From contig JBBDYQ010000004.1 in assembly GCA_040901445.1 (NCBI GenBank), positions 133,246 through 197,245 on the forward strand: DNA of 64,000 bases. The letters run 5' to 3'. The notes under the pieces are model-generated. The model did no database searches, was not told the origin of the DNA, and saw nothing but the letters and a program-made list of their open reading frames with translations. The translations under genes and the position numbers were made by a program. Positions 28,929 to 40,946 of the stretch are shown here, piece after piece. The DNA comes from Thermoleophilaceae bacterium (GTDB lineage Bacteria; Actinomycetota; Thermoleophilia; Solirubrobacterales; Thermoleophilaceae). The stretch's first letter is position 1; every line of letters begins with the position of its first letter.

Positions 28929-29941
28929 GCGAAGGCAAGGTAGAGGACGTCATCATCATCGGGAGCGGCCCCGCCGGCTACACGGCGGCGCTCTACACGT
29001 CGCGGGCGGATCTCCAGCCGCTGGTGTTCGAGGGCTTCATCTGGGGCGGCCTGCTCCAGCAGACCACCGACGTGGAGAACTACCCCGGCTACCCCGAGGG
29101 CGTGATGGGGCCCGAGATGATGCAGGAGTTCCGTGACCAGGCGGAGCGCTTCGGCACCCGCTTCGTCACCGAGGACGTCACGCGCGTGGAGCTGTCGGCC
29201 GACGGCGGCGTGCACAAGGTGTTCGTGGACGACCGCGAGTACCTCACCCGCTCCGTGATCCTCGCAATGGGCGCCGAGCCCAAGAAGCTCGGGGTCCCGG
29301 GCGAGGAAGAGCTGTCGGCGCGCGGGGTCTCCTACTGCGCCACCTGCGACGCCGCCTTCTTCCGCGAGAAGCCCACGATCGTGGTGGGCGGCGGCGACAC
29401 GGCGATGGAGGACTCGATCTTCCTCTCCAAGTTCGCCAGCAAGGTGGGAGTCGTGCACCGGCGCGACGACTTCCGCGCCTCGGCGATCATGCTCGACCGC
29501 GCGAAGGACACCGACAACATCGACCTCCTCACACCGTATGTCGTGGACCGCTTCGAGGCCGGCGACGACGGCTCGCTGGCGCGCGCCGTGCTCGAGAACC
29601 GCGAGACCGGCGAGGAGCGCACGCTCGAGGTCGACGGCGCCTTCGTGGCCATCGGCCACGCGCCCAACTCCGCCATCGTGGCCGATCAGGTGGAGACCGA
29701 CGACGAGGGCTACGTCATCACCGAGCCGGGGTCGACGCGCACGAAGCTGGAGGGCGTGTTCGCCGCCGGCGACCTCGTGGACCGCACCTACCGCCAGGCC
29801 GTCACGGCCGCAGGCTCCGGCTGCATGGCCGCGCTCGACGCCGAGCGTTATCTGCGCGACACGCCGATCGACGCCGAGGCGCACTGGGAGCCGGATCCGG
29901 CCAAGGCCGCGGAGCGCGCGGCCGAGGCCGCGACGCAGTAG
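28925..29941 (+). CDS. trxB: Thioredoxin-disulfide reductase
   Basis: IIGSGPAGYTAALY, redox CATCDAAFF, VVGGGDTAMEDS, FAAGD. Confidence 0.9.
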   Translation: MSEGKVEDVIIIGSGPAGYTAALYTSRADLQPLVFEGFIWGGLLQQTTDVENYPGYPEGVMGPEMMQEFRDQAERFGTRFVTEDVTRVELSADGGVHKVFVDDREYLTRSVILAMGAEPKKLGVPGEEELSARGVSYCATCDAAFFREKPTIVVGGGDTAMEDSIFLSKFASKVGVVHRRDDFRASAIMLDRAKDTDNIDLLTPYVVDRFEAGDDGSLARAVLENRETGEERTLEVDGAFVAIGHAPNSAIVADQVETDDEGYVITEPGSTRTKLEGVFAAGDLVDRTYRQAVTAAGSGCMAALDAERYLRDTPIDAEAHWEPDPAKAAERAAEAATQ

Positions 29942-29979
29942 CGCAGCCGCCTTCTCGCGCGTCTGCCGGGATGCTCCTC

Positions 29980-30768
29980 TCAGGCGGGCCGGCGAGCGCC
30001 GGTTCTTGCCGCGAGCCAGGTGAGGGGGCGGGGGAACAGCCTTGCCGCGGCCGCGAGCGCCCGCAACTCCGGCGGGGTGTAGACGACGCCGTGCTCGCGC
30101 TCGATTCCCCTGACGATCGCCGCCGCGCACTGCGCCGGCGTGCGCCCGCGCATGAGCCGCTCCATGCTCGGGATGCGGTCCTCGGCACCGGGGTTGGCGG
30201 CGAAGTAGTCGCTCGAGACCTTGCCGGGCACGACCTCGGTCACCCCCACGCCGGTGCCGCGGAGGTCGGCGCGCAGGGCCTCGGTGAAGCCGCGCAGCGC
30301 CCAGCGCGCTCCGGCGTAGCCGATCGCGCCCGGCCAGACCACGCGCGAGATCGGAGTGTTCACACAAACGACGTGGCCGCTGCCGCGGGCGATCATGCCC
30401 TCCACGAAGGCGCGCGTCACGAAGAAGGCCGCGAGGTAGGGGACCGACGTCTGGGAGACCAGCTCGGCGGGCGTGGTCTCGTCGACGAACAGGAAGCGGC
30501 CGGCGCCGGCGTTGTTCACCACGACGTCGGGGAGCCCGAGCTCGCTCTCGACCGCCGCGCCGAGCCCGGCCACGGCGTCCATGTCGCCGACGTCGGCGGG
30601 GTGGACGTGCGCCGCCGGCCCGATCGCGCCCGCCACCTCCCGCAGCTTGTCCCCGCGGCGCCCCACCAGCACGACGGTCGCTCCCCGTTCTGCGAGAGCG
30701 CGCGCGGCGGCCGCTCCGATCCCGCTCGAGGCGCCGGTGACCAGCGCGAGTCGCCCTTCGAGCTTCAC
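29980..30768 (-). CDS. SDR-family oxidoreductase
   Basis: LVTGASSGIGAA, NNAG, Y...K-type layout. Confidence 0.85.
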   Translation of the reverse strand: MKLEGRLALVTGASSGIGAAAARALAERGATVVLVGRRGDKLREVAGAIGPAAHVHPADVGDMDAVAGLGAAVESELGLPDVVVNNAGAGRFLFVDETTPAELVSQTSVPYLAAFFVTRAFVEGMIARGSGHVVCVNTPISRVVWPGAIGYAGARWALRGFTEALRADLRGTGVGVTEVVPGKVSSDYFAANPGAEDRIPSMERLMRGRTPAQCAAAIVRGIEREHGVVYTPPELRALAAAARLFPRPLTWLAARTGARRPA

Positions 30769-30856
30769 GCGAGGGAGTCTCCGCGGTGGCGGCGGCCGCC
30801 GTCAAGCCGGCGTCCCGCCGAATGCCGACGCCGGCCCGGGTAAGCTCGCGTCCGGG

Positions 30857-32173
30857 ATGGCCGAGGTCTGGACGAACTGGGCGGGGGAGCAGCGCTGCGC
30901 GCCGGAGGCGCTCGAGCGGCCGCGCTCCAGCGAGGAGGTCGTGGCCGCGGTCGAACGGGCGCGTGACTCGGGCCGCCGGGTGCGCGTGGCCGGGTCGGGC
31001 CACTCGTTCACAGACATCGCGTGCAGCGAGGGCACGCTTCTCCACCTCGGCGCGATGGACCGGGTGCTCGACTCCGACACCGTCACGGGGCTCGTCCGCG
31101 TGCAGGCGGGGATCACGCTCCACGAGCTGGGCAGTGAGCTCGCCGAGCGCGGACTGGCCATGGAGAACCAGGGCGACATCGACCGCCAGTCCCTGGCCGG
31201 TGCGCTGGCAACGGCCACCCATGGCACGGGCCTTGGCTTTCGCAACGTCTCCTCGCAGGTGGCGGCCATGCGGATCGTCACGGCCGACGGCGCTGTGCTC
31301 GACATCGAGGACGAGGACACGCTGCGTGCGGCGCGGGTGGGCCTGGGCGCGCTCGGCGTCGTGACCGAGGTCACGCTGCGCTGCGTTCCGATCTTCACGC
31401 TGCGGCGGGTGGACGAGCCGCGCCCGCTCGAGGAGGTGCTGTCCTCCATCGACGCGCTCGCCGAGGGCAATGACCACTTCGAGTTCTACGTCTTCCCCTA
31501 CACCGGCGCAGCGCTCGTGCGCGAGACCCAGCGCAGCAAGGCTCTCGAACCCGATCCGCCCGGCGCCGCCAAGCTGTGGTTCGAGGAGGTGGCGCTCCCG
31601 AACATCATGGTGGGCGTGGCGGGCCGCGCGGGCCGCATCCGCCCGGGCCTCATCCCGCCGCTCAACCGGGCGCTGATGAGGGCGATCGGCCGTACCGTGC
31701 GGGTGGACCGCAGCGCGCGCGTGTACGCCAGCCGCCGCGACGTGAAGTTCACGGAGATGGAGTACGCGCTGCCGCGCGAGCACGGGGAGGAGGCCATCCG
31801 CCGTGTGCTCGACACCATCGAGCGGCGGCGGCTGCCGGTGGGCTTCCCGCTCGAGTTCCGCCTGGTTGCCGGCGACGACTCATACCTGTCGACCGCGCAC
31901 GGGCACGACACGGCCTACATCGCGGTGCACCAGTTCAAGGGCATGGAGTTCGAGGGCTACTTCCGCGCGGTCGAGCGGATCATGGACGACTATGGCGGGC
32001 GTCCCCACTGGGGCAAGCGCCACTACCAGTCGGCGGCCACGCTGGCTCCGCGCTACCCGGAGTGGGACGCCTTCGCCGCCGTGCGGGAGCGCCTGGATCC
32101 CGATGGGCTGTTCTCGAACGACTACGTGGACCGCGTGCTGGGTCCCGTCGGCGCGGCCGTCTCCTCCTCGTAG
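30857..32173 (+). CDS. FAD-linked aldonolactone oxidase family protein (gulono-/arabinono-1,4-lactone oxidase-like)
   Basis: ATG 30857 inside track ORF 30473..32173. WTNWAGEQ, VRVAGSGHSFTD, ATATHGTG, GGRPHWGK. Confidence 0.8.
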   Translation: MAEVWTNWAGEQRCAPEALERPRSSEEVVAAVERARDSGRRVRVAGSGHSFTDIACSEGTLLHLGAMDRVLDSDTVTGLVRVQAGITLHELGSELAERGLAMENQGDIDRQSLAGALATATHGTGLGFRNVSSQVAAMRIVTADGAVLDIEDEDTLRAARVGLGALGVVTEVTLRCVPIFTLRRVDEPRPLEEVLSSIDALAEGNDHFEFYVFPYTGAALVRETQRSKALEPDPPGAAKLWFEEVALPNIMVGVAGRAGRIRPGLIPPLNRALMRAIGRTVRVDRSARVYASRRDVKFTEMEYALPREHGEEAIRRVLDTIERRRLPVGFPLEFRLVAGDDSYLSTAHGHDTAYIAVHQFKGMEFEGYFRAVERIMDDYGGRPHWGKRHYQSAATLAPRYPEWDAFAAVRERLDPDGLFSNDYVDRVLGPVGAAVSSS

Positions 32174-32207
32174 GCGGCCGCGGCTGCCAGTCGGCGCCGC
32201 GGCCGCC
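32173..32207. terminator. GC hairpin between convergent genes
   Basis: GGCGGCCGCGGC - 11 nt - GCCGCGGCCGCC, starting at the stop codon of 30857..32173. Confidence 0.45.
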
Positions 32208-32234
32208 GGGCGTGGCGTCCAGCCCGTTCCACTG

Positions 32235-33461
32235 TCAGAGGAAGGACTTGCCCTCGCCGCGGTAGGTGGGTGCCTCATCCACGATCTGCCCGTCCGCCAC
32301 GAGATACAGGCGGTCGAAGCGCTCGCACAGCTCGCCCGCCTTGGAATGGCGCAGGTACACGCGGTCGCCCGGCGCCAGGCTGTTCGCCGCCTTGCCCAGC
32401 AGCGGCGTCTGCACCTCCCCCGCTCCCTCCATGGGGTCGAGACGCAGCCCGCGCGGCAGGTGGGGCACGGGCAGCCGGAAGCGATCGGCCGGGCCGGACG
32501 CCAGGTAGCCGCCGCCCAGCGCCGTGGCCACGCCCGGGCCGGGACGGCGCACCACGGGCAGCGCGAACATCGCGGCCGGGCGCAGCGCGAAGCGCGCGTA
32601 GTGGTCGAACAGGGCCGGGGCGTAGAAGCCCGAGCCGGCCGTGACCTCGGTGACGCACTCCTCGCTGGCCGACGCCTCGAGGCTGCCGGTGCCGCCGGCG
32701 TTCACCAGCTCCACCGGCGCCACGTCGCGCACGGCGGCCACGAGCGCCCCGCGGCGCCCGCGCAGCTCGCGCGCCGACAGCGCCTGCATGCCGCGGATGC
32801 CCAGGCCCTTGAGCCGCGCGCCCGCCGGGCGGTCGCCTACGCCGGCGATGTGGCCCTCGTAGCCCATGACGCCGGCCAGCTCGAAGCCGGGTCGCCCCGT
32901 GATCTCGCGCGCGAACGCGGCCGCCTGCTGCGGAGTGCGGATGGGCGAGCGCTTGGGCCCGATGCGCACCCGGCCTCCGGCCAGCCACAGGGAGCAGTCC
33001 ATGTCGATGCACACGCGGATCGCGCGGCGGTCGCGTCCCGCGGCCGTGTCGATCAGGTCGAGCTGCGCCGCGGAGTCCACCATCACGATCGGCGCGCTTG
33101 GGCCCTCGAAGCGCCCGAGCGCGGCCAGCCCCTCGCGGTCGGCGGTGGGGTAGGCCAGCAACATGTCCTCGAAGCCGTGCTCCGCCAGCCACAGCGTCTC
33201 CGCGAGCGTGAACGTCATGAGGCCGCGGAAGCCGGGGTCGCGGTCGAGCGCCGCGCGCAGCAGCGGCCGGCAGCGCAGCGACTTGGACGCAACGCGGATG
33301 GGCGTGCCGCCGGCACGCCGCAGCATGTCGGCCCCGTTGTGCCACATGGCGTCGAGGTCCACGAACGCGAACGGCGCCTCCACGCCCGCGAAGGCGCGCT
33401 CGTAGCGCTCGTAGTCGTCCGCCGCCGGGGCGGTGGACCGGGCGGGGGCCTCGGTCGCCAT
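32235..33461 (-). CDS. PLP enzyme of the alanine-racemase-N / D-serine deaminase-like (DSD1) family
   Basis: ORF 32235..33563, ATG 33461 preferred. ..FVDLDAMWHN..IRVASKSLRC.. and the overall layout. Confidence 0.65.
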   Translation of the reverse strand: MATEAPARSTAPAADDYERYERAFAGVEAPFAFVDLDAMWHNGADMLRRAGGTPIRVASKSLRCRPLLRAALDRDPGFRGLMTFTLAETLWLAEHGFEDMLLAYPTADREGLAALGRFEGPSAPIVMVDSAAQLDLIDTAAGRDRRAIRVCIDMDCSLWLAGGRVRIGPKRSPIRTPQQAAAFAREITGRPGFELAGVMGYEGHIAGVGDRPAGARLKGLGIRGMQALSARELRGRRGALVAAVRDVAPVELVNAGGTGSLEASASEECVTEVTAGSGFYAPALFDHYARFALRPAAMFALPVVRRPGPGVATALGGGYLASGPADRFRLPVPHLPRGLRLDPMEGAGEVQTPLLGKAANSLAPGDRVYLRHSKAGELCERFDRLYLVADGQIVDEAPTYRGEGKSFL

Positions 33462-33543
33462 GGCCGCGACAGAGCCTACCCCGGCAGCCAGGCCGTCACC
33501 GTCGCTGGACCGAACGGGCGGGATCCGGCGCAAGTGTGGCACT

Positions 33544-33582
33544 GGGTCACTTTGCCCAGACATACTCGGGGTAAAGCGACCC
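33544..33582 (-). terminator. Imperfect 14-bp hairpin after glyA
   Basis: GGGTCACTTTGCCC - loop - GGGTAAAGCGACCC, 12 nt downstream of the glyA stop. No U-tract. Confidence 0.35.
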
Positions 33583-33593
33583 AGCGCCGCCGG

Positions 33594-34859
<1,266 letters not shown>

Positions 34860-34860
34860 C

Positions 34861-34960
34861 GGGCACCTCCTCGTTGGAGTTTCGGTGCCCAGGCGCGCGG
34901 CAACAGGTGACGGCATCGCTCCCCGGTGGTCGCTTCCACCTTCTACGCCAGTCGCGATGC
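34861..34960 (-). promoter_or_regulatory. ZTP (pfl-motif) riboswitch with an SD-sequestering expression platform
   Basis: Minus-strand RNA GCAUCGCGACUGGCGUAGAAGGUGGAAGCGACCACCGGGGAGCGAUGC..CCGCGCGCCUGGGCACC shows the GACUGGCG, GGUGG..CCACCGGGGAGC and CGCCUGGGC blocks and a closing P1 (GCAUCG/CGAUGC). GGGCACC (34890..34884) can pair with GGUGCCC (34867..34861) next to GAGGAGG and the glyA ATG. Confidence 0.75.
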
Positions 34961-35001
34961 GCCGATCGAGGGTAGGCCCCCCGGCGGGCGCGGTCAAGTA
35001 G

Positions 35002-36057
35002 TCAGCGCAGGTAGACGGGGTTGGAGATGACCCAGGTGCGGCCGTCGAGGTGCGCCTCGGCCCGGTACACGCCCGGCTCGGTCACGTCCAGCGAGAGCCG
35101 CGCTCCTTCGGCCTGCGTGAGCACCTCGCCATCGCGCACGATCCGCAGCGAGCACGGCCGCGGGGCCGACACCTCCAGCCCCCACTTGCCCGACGGAGCC
35201 TCGCCGCCCATCGGGAGTACCTCGCCGGAGCCGCCGGCCGCCCAGAACGCGAACCCGCGCGCCGGAGCGAGCCAATCGTGGGCGATGTAGCAGCGGCCCT
35301 CGCGCAGCGCGCCGAACACCTGCGCGCGGTCGCGCTCGAGCTCGCCGGAGGGCGCCTCCTCGCAGAGGACGTGGGTGCGGATGTGGCGGAACGAGCGCGC
35401 GTAGCCCATCAGCCGCAACGGCACCCGCCCGGCCACGCGAACGCCGATCTGGTGCGCGTCGAGCCCTCCGAGAGCCACCGTGCGGCGCTCGCGGCAGAGC
35501 CCTTCCCAGGCACGCACATTGCGCTGCGGTGGATGGTCCACCACCCGCCCGGGCGCCACCACGAAGCGGGCGATCTCGGCGATGCTCTCCAGCGGCTCCA
35601 GGGTGTCGTTGAGGAAGCTCCACAGCTCGATGCCGTGCAGCGCCTCGCAGTCCAGCCCCTCGAACGGCATGGCCCGCGCGCGCCGAGCGAAGCGGCGCGA
35701 GCCCTCCGAGAACGGATGGGCGGCGAAGCCGAAGCCGCCGCGCTCGCGCACCGCCTCGCAGATGCCGGCGGCGTCGAGGCCGTCGTGCTCCACCTCCTCG
35801 TCGATGCCGAACGCGAGGTAGTGGTTGCGCCCCGCGGGGGAGACCTCCACCCCGGCGAGCAGCAGCACGGGCCCGTGCCAGCCCTCCTCGCCACGGCGGC
35901 GCGCCTCCAGCGAGTCGTGGTCGGTGAGCAGCACCACGTCGGCGCCGGCACGGCGGCCCGCGGCCGCGATCTCCGCCACCGTCCCGGTGCCGTCCGAGTA
36001 GGTGGAGTGGAGGTGGACCACGCAGGCGAGGTCGTGCAGGAGGGGAGGTCCGGGCAC
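35002..36057 (-). CDS. PHP-domain metal-dependent phosphoesterase
   Basis: VVHLHSTYSDGTGTV..GADVVLLTDHD. GTG start. Confidence 0.75.
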   Translation of the reverse strand: MPGPPLLHDLACVVHLHSTYSDGTGTVAEIAAAGRRAGADVVLLTDHDSLEARRRGEEGWHGPVLLLAGVEVSPAGRNHYLAFGIDEEVEHDGLDAAGICEAVRERGGFGFAAHPFSEGSRRFARRARAMPFEGLDCEALHGIELWSFLNDTLEPLESIAEIARFVVAPGRVVDHPPQRNVRAWEGLCRERRTVALGGLDAHQIGVRVAGRVPLRLMGYARSFRHIRTHVLCEEAPSGELERDRAQVFGALREGRCYIAHDWLAPARGFAFWAAGGSGEVLPMGGEAPSGKWGLEVSAPRPCSLRIVRDGEVLTQAEGARLSLDVTEPGVYRAEAHLDGRTWVISNPVYLR

Positions 36058-36112
36058 CGCGCACTAGGCTACGGCGATCCGCCCCTTCGACGAGTTCGAC
36101 GAGTCACGCGAG

Positions 36113-37153
36113 GTGTGGCCGCGCGGCGAGCGCCTGCGGGCCATCCGCGACGCCGCGCGTGCGTTCCGCACACGCTTCAAGGCCCAGGGAGAGCTTCGGG
36201 CCATGAAGAGCGTGGACCTCGTGGCGGCCGGCTATCCCACGCGCTTCGCGCTGGCCGGCGCCGCGAAGGCGGTCAACCCCTACGTGAGCATCGTCAACCG
36301 CGTCGTGATCGTCCAGTTCGACGACTTCGGCGGCAACCGCCGCACCCTGGTCTGGGAGCCCACGATCCCCGAGGGCTCCGAGGACGCGCCGTTCTACGCC
36401 CAGCTCGTGGACCGCTACGGCGACTGGCTGTCCCACAACGTGCTGTCGAAGGAGTTCGAGACGGTGGCGGGCGCGCTGGCGAGCTGCGGTTTGCGGCCCG
36501 AGGACGTCGACTACGTGGCCTTCGACCACCTCCACGTGCAGGACCTCCGCCGCCTGATGGGCACCACCAAGCCGGTGCACGGCGAGCCCGAGCCGCGCCC
36601 CCCGTTCTTCCCCAGCGCCACCTTCGTCTGCCAGCGCCGCGAGGTGGACACGTTCCGCTCCGTCCACCCGATGCAGTGGGCCTGGTACGTGCCCGGCGGG
36701 ATGGACGACGTGATCGAGGACAGGCTCGAGCTGATCGACGGCGACGTGGAGCTGGGCGTGGGCGTGGCGCTCGTCTCCACGCCCGGCCACACGGACGGCA
36801 ACCAGTCGCTCGTGCTCAACACCCCCGGCGGCGTCTGGGTGTCGTCGGAGAACGGCGTGTGCGCCGACAACTGGCACCCGCACCTCTCGCGCATCCCCGG
36901 AGTGAAGGCCTACGCGGAGTTCTTCAACCGCGAGGTGGTGCTCAACTCGAACACGCTCGAGGACTCGCTGGACCAGTACGACTCGATGGTCAAGGAGAAG
37001 GCTCTGGCCGACTCCAACCGCGACGACCCGCGCTGGCTCAACGTGCTGCCGTCTTCGGAGATGGCGTCGTGGAGGCGCCAGTGGCCGGTGGTGCCCACCT
37101 TCACGTACGGCGCGATCGAGTACGGGTTGATCGAGCGGCCCGCGGCCGGCTGA
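36113..37153 (+). CDS. Hypothetical protein, possibly MBL-fold
   Basis: FDHLHVQD and STPGHTDGNQS resemble metallo-beta-lactamase motifs. GTG start uncertain. Confidence 0.5.
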   Translation: MWPRGERLRAIRDAARAFRTRFKAQGELRAMKSVDLVAAGYPTRFALAGAAKAVNPYVSIVNRVVIVQFDDFGGNRRTLVWEPTIPEGSEDAPFYAQLVDRYGDWLSHNVLSKEFETVAGALASCGLRPEDVDYVAFDHLHVQDLRRLMGTTKPVHGEPEPRPPFFPSATFVCQRREVDTFRSVHPMQWAWYVPGGMDDVIEDRLELIDGDVELGVGVALVSTPGHTDGNQSLVLNTPGGVWVSSENGVCADNWHPHLSRIPGVKAYAEFFNREVVLNSNTLEDSLDQYDSMVKEKALADSNRDDPRWLNVLPSSEMASWRRQWPVVPTFTYGAIEYGLIERPAAG

Positions 37154-37163
37154 CCCCGCGGCC

Positions 37164-37740
37164 CTAGTCCCAGCTCCAGCTCTCCACCACGTCGTCGAGA
37201 GCGGCGCTGCCCTCCTCGAAGCCGTCGGCGAGGGCTGTGTAGGTGAGCACGTAGCCGCTGCCCTCGCGCACCGTGTACACCTGGCGGAAGCGCAGCTCCT
37301 GGCCCTCCCGCTCGCTCGAGTAGTCGAACGCGCGGGCCTGCTCTCCGTCGATGTCGAGCGCCGAGACGTCAGAGATGTCGCTGGGCGCCAGGTCGCCGCC
37401 GAGCTGCTCGAGCACGGCCGGGTCCTGGAGCGCCTGGCGCGACTGCTCCGTGAGGCGGTCCGCGTCCACGCCGTCGGCCAGGCTGCCCTGGCGGAGCACG
37501 TTGATGTTGGACGAGAAGCCGCCCTCGGGGTCGGCCGTGAGCACGATGTCGGGCTCGAATCCGGACGCGGCGAACTCCTCGGAGTCGTCGCTGCGGTCAT
37601 CCCAGCCGCCGGGGGTGTCCACCGTGTAGCCCGTGCCCTCGACGGCATCCCCGCTGTCGTCGTTCCCGCAGCCGGCGAGAAGGGCGACCGCAAGGATCGC
37701 GGAGACGAGCAGGCGAAGCATCGTCAGTAGGGTACGAGAC

Positions 37741-37742
<2 letters not shown>
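37164..37742 (-). CDS. Lipoprotein
   Basis: ORF 37164..37775. Lipobox LLAGCG after a signal peptide. ATG 37742 or ATG 37721. Confidence 0.6.
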
Positions 37743-40533
<2,791 letters not shown>

Positions 40534-40536
40534 ACG

Positions 40537-40938
40537 GTGCCGGTCTCCCACCACGAGCTGTGCTTCGGCTGCGGCCTGGCCAACGTCTTCGGCCTCCATT
40601 TGGAGCTCGAGCCGCAGCCGGAAGGCGGGTTGGCGGGCCGTTTCTTCGTGAAGCAGGACCACCAGGGCCCGCCCGGCTTCGCCCACGGGGGCATCGTGGG
40701 CGCCGCGCTCGACGAGGCCATGGCCCTGGTGCTCCACGGCGACGGCTTGCACGCGCGGACACGCCGCTACGAGGTGGACCTCCACATGCCCGCCCCAGTG
40801 GGGAGCTGGGTGAACGTCCGCGCCCGTCTCGAGAGCCAGGACGGCAAGAGGATCTGGGTCACCGCCACGGCCGGCGGGGAGGGCGGCACGATCGCGGAGG
40901 GCAGGGCGCTGTTCGTCGAGGTGCCGGACGGGGAATAG
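40537..40938 (+). CDS. PaaI/hotdog-fold thioesterase
   Basis: CFGCG.. near the N-terminus, HGGIVGAALDEAMA core. GTG start 4 nt after the acnA stop. Confidence 0.7.
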   Translation: MPVSHHELCFGCGLANVFGLHLELEPQPEGGLAGRFFVKQDHQGPPGFAHGGIVGAALDEAMALVLHGDGLHARTRRYEVDLHMPAPVGSWVNVRARLESQDGKRIWVTATAGGEGGTIAEGRALFVEVPDGE

Positions 40939-40946
40939 GGTCTCCG

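Noticed and set aside
28886-31783. 965-aa minus-strand ORF. Similar very long ORFs occur at 31803..34910 (+), 40767..42998 (-), 17607..19487 (+), 15568..16704 (-), and as the 5' extensions of 13632..17432 and 5229..6980.
   Set aside because: These are Arg/Ala/Gly/Pro-rich low-complexity translations lying antisense to, or out of frame with, genes that carry unmistakable family motifs (trxB, SDR, glyA, aconitase, ctaD). They are the usual stop-codon-poor frames of very GC-rich DNA.
36086-36103. Tandem TTCGACGAG TTCGACGAG between the PHP and MBL-like genes.
   Set aside because: There are only two 9-nt units. The partial resemblance to CTCGACGAG in the 56.7-kb repeat is too short to link them.
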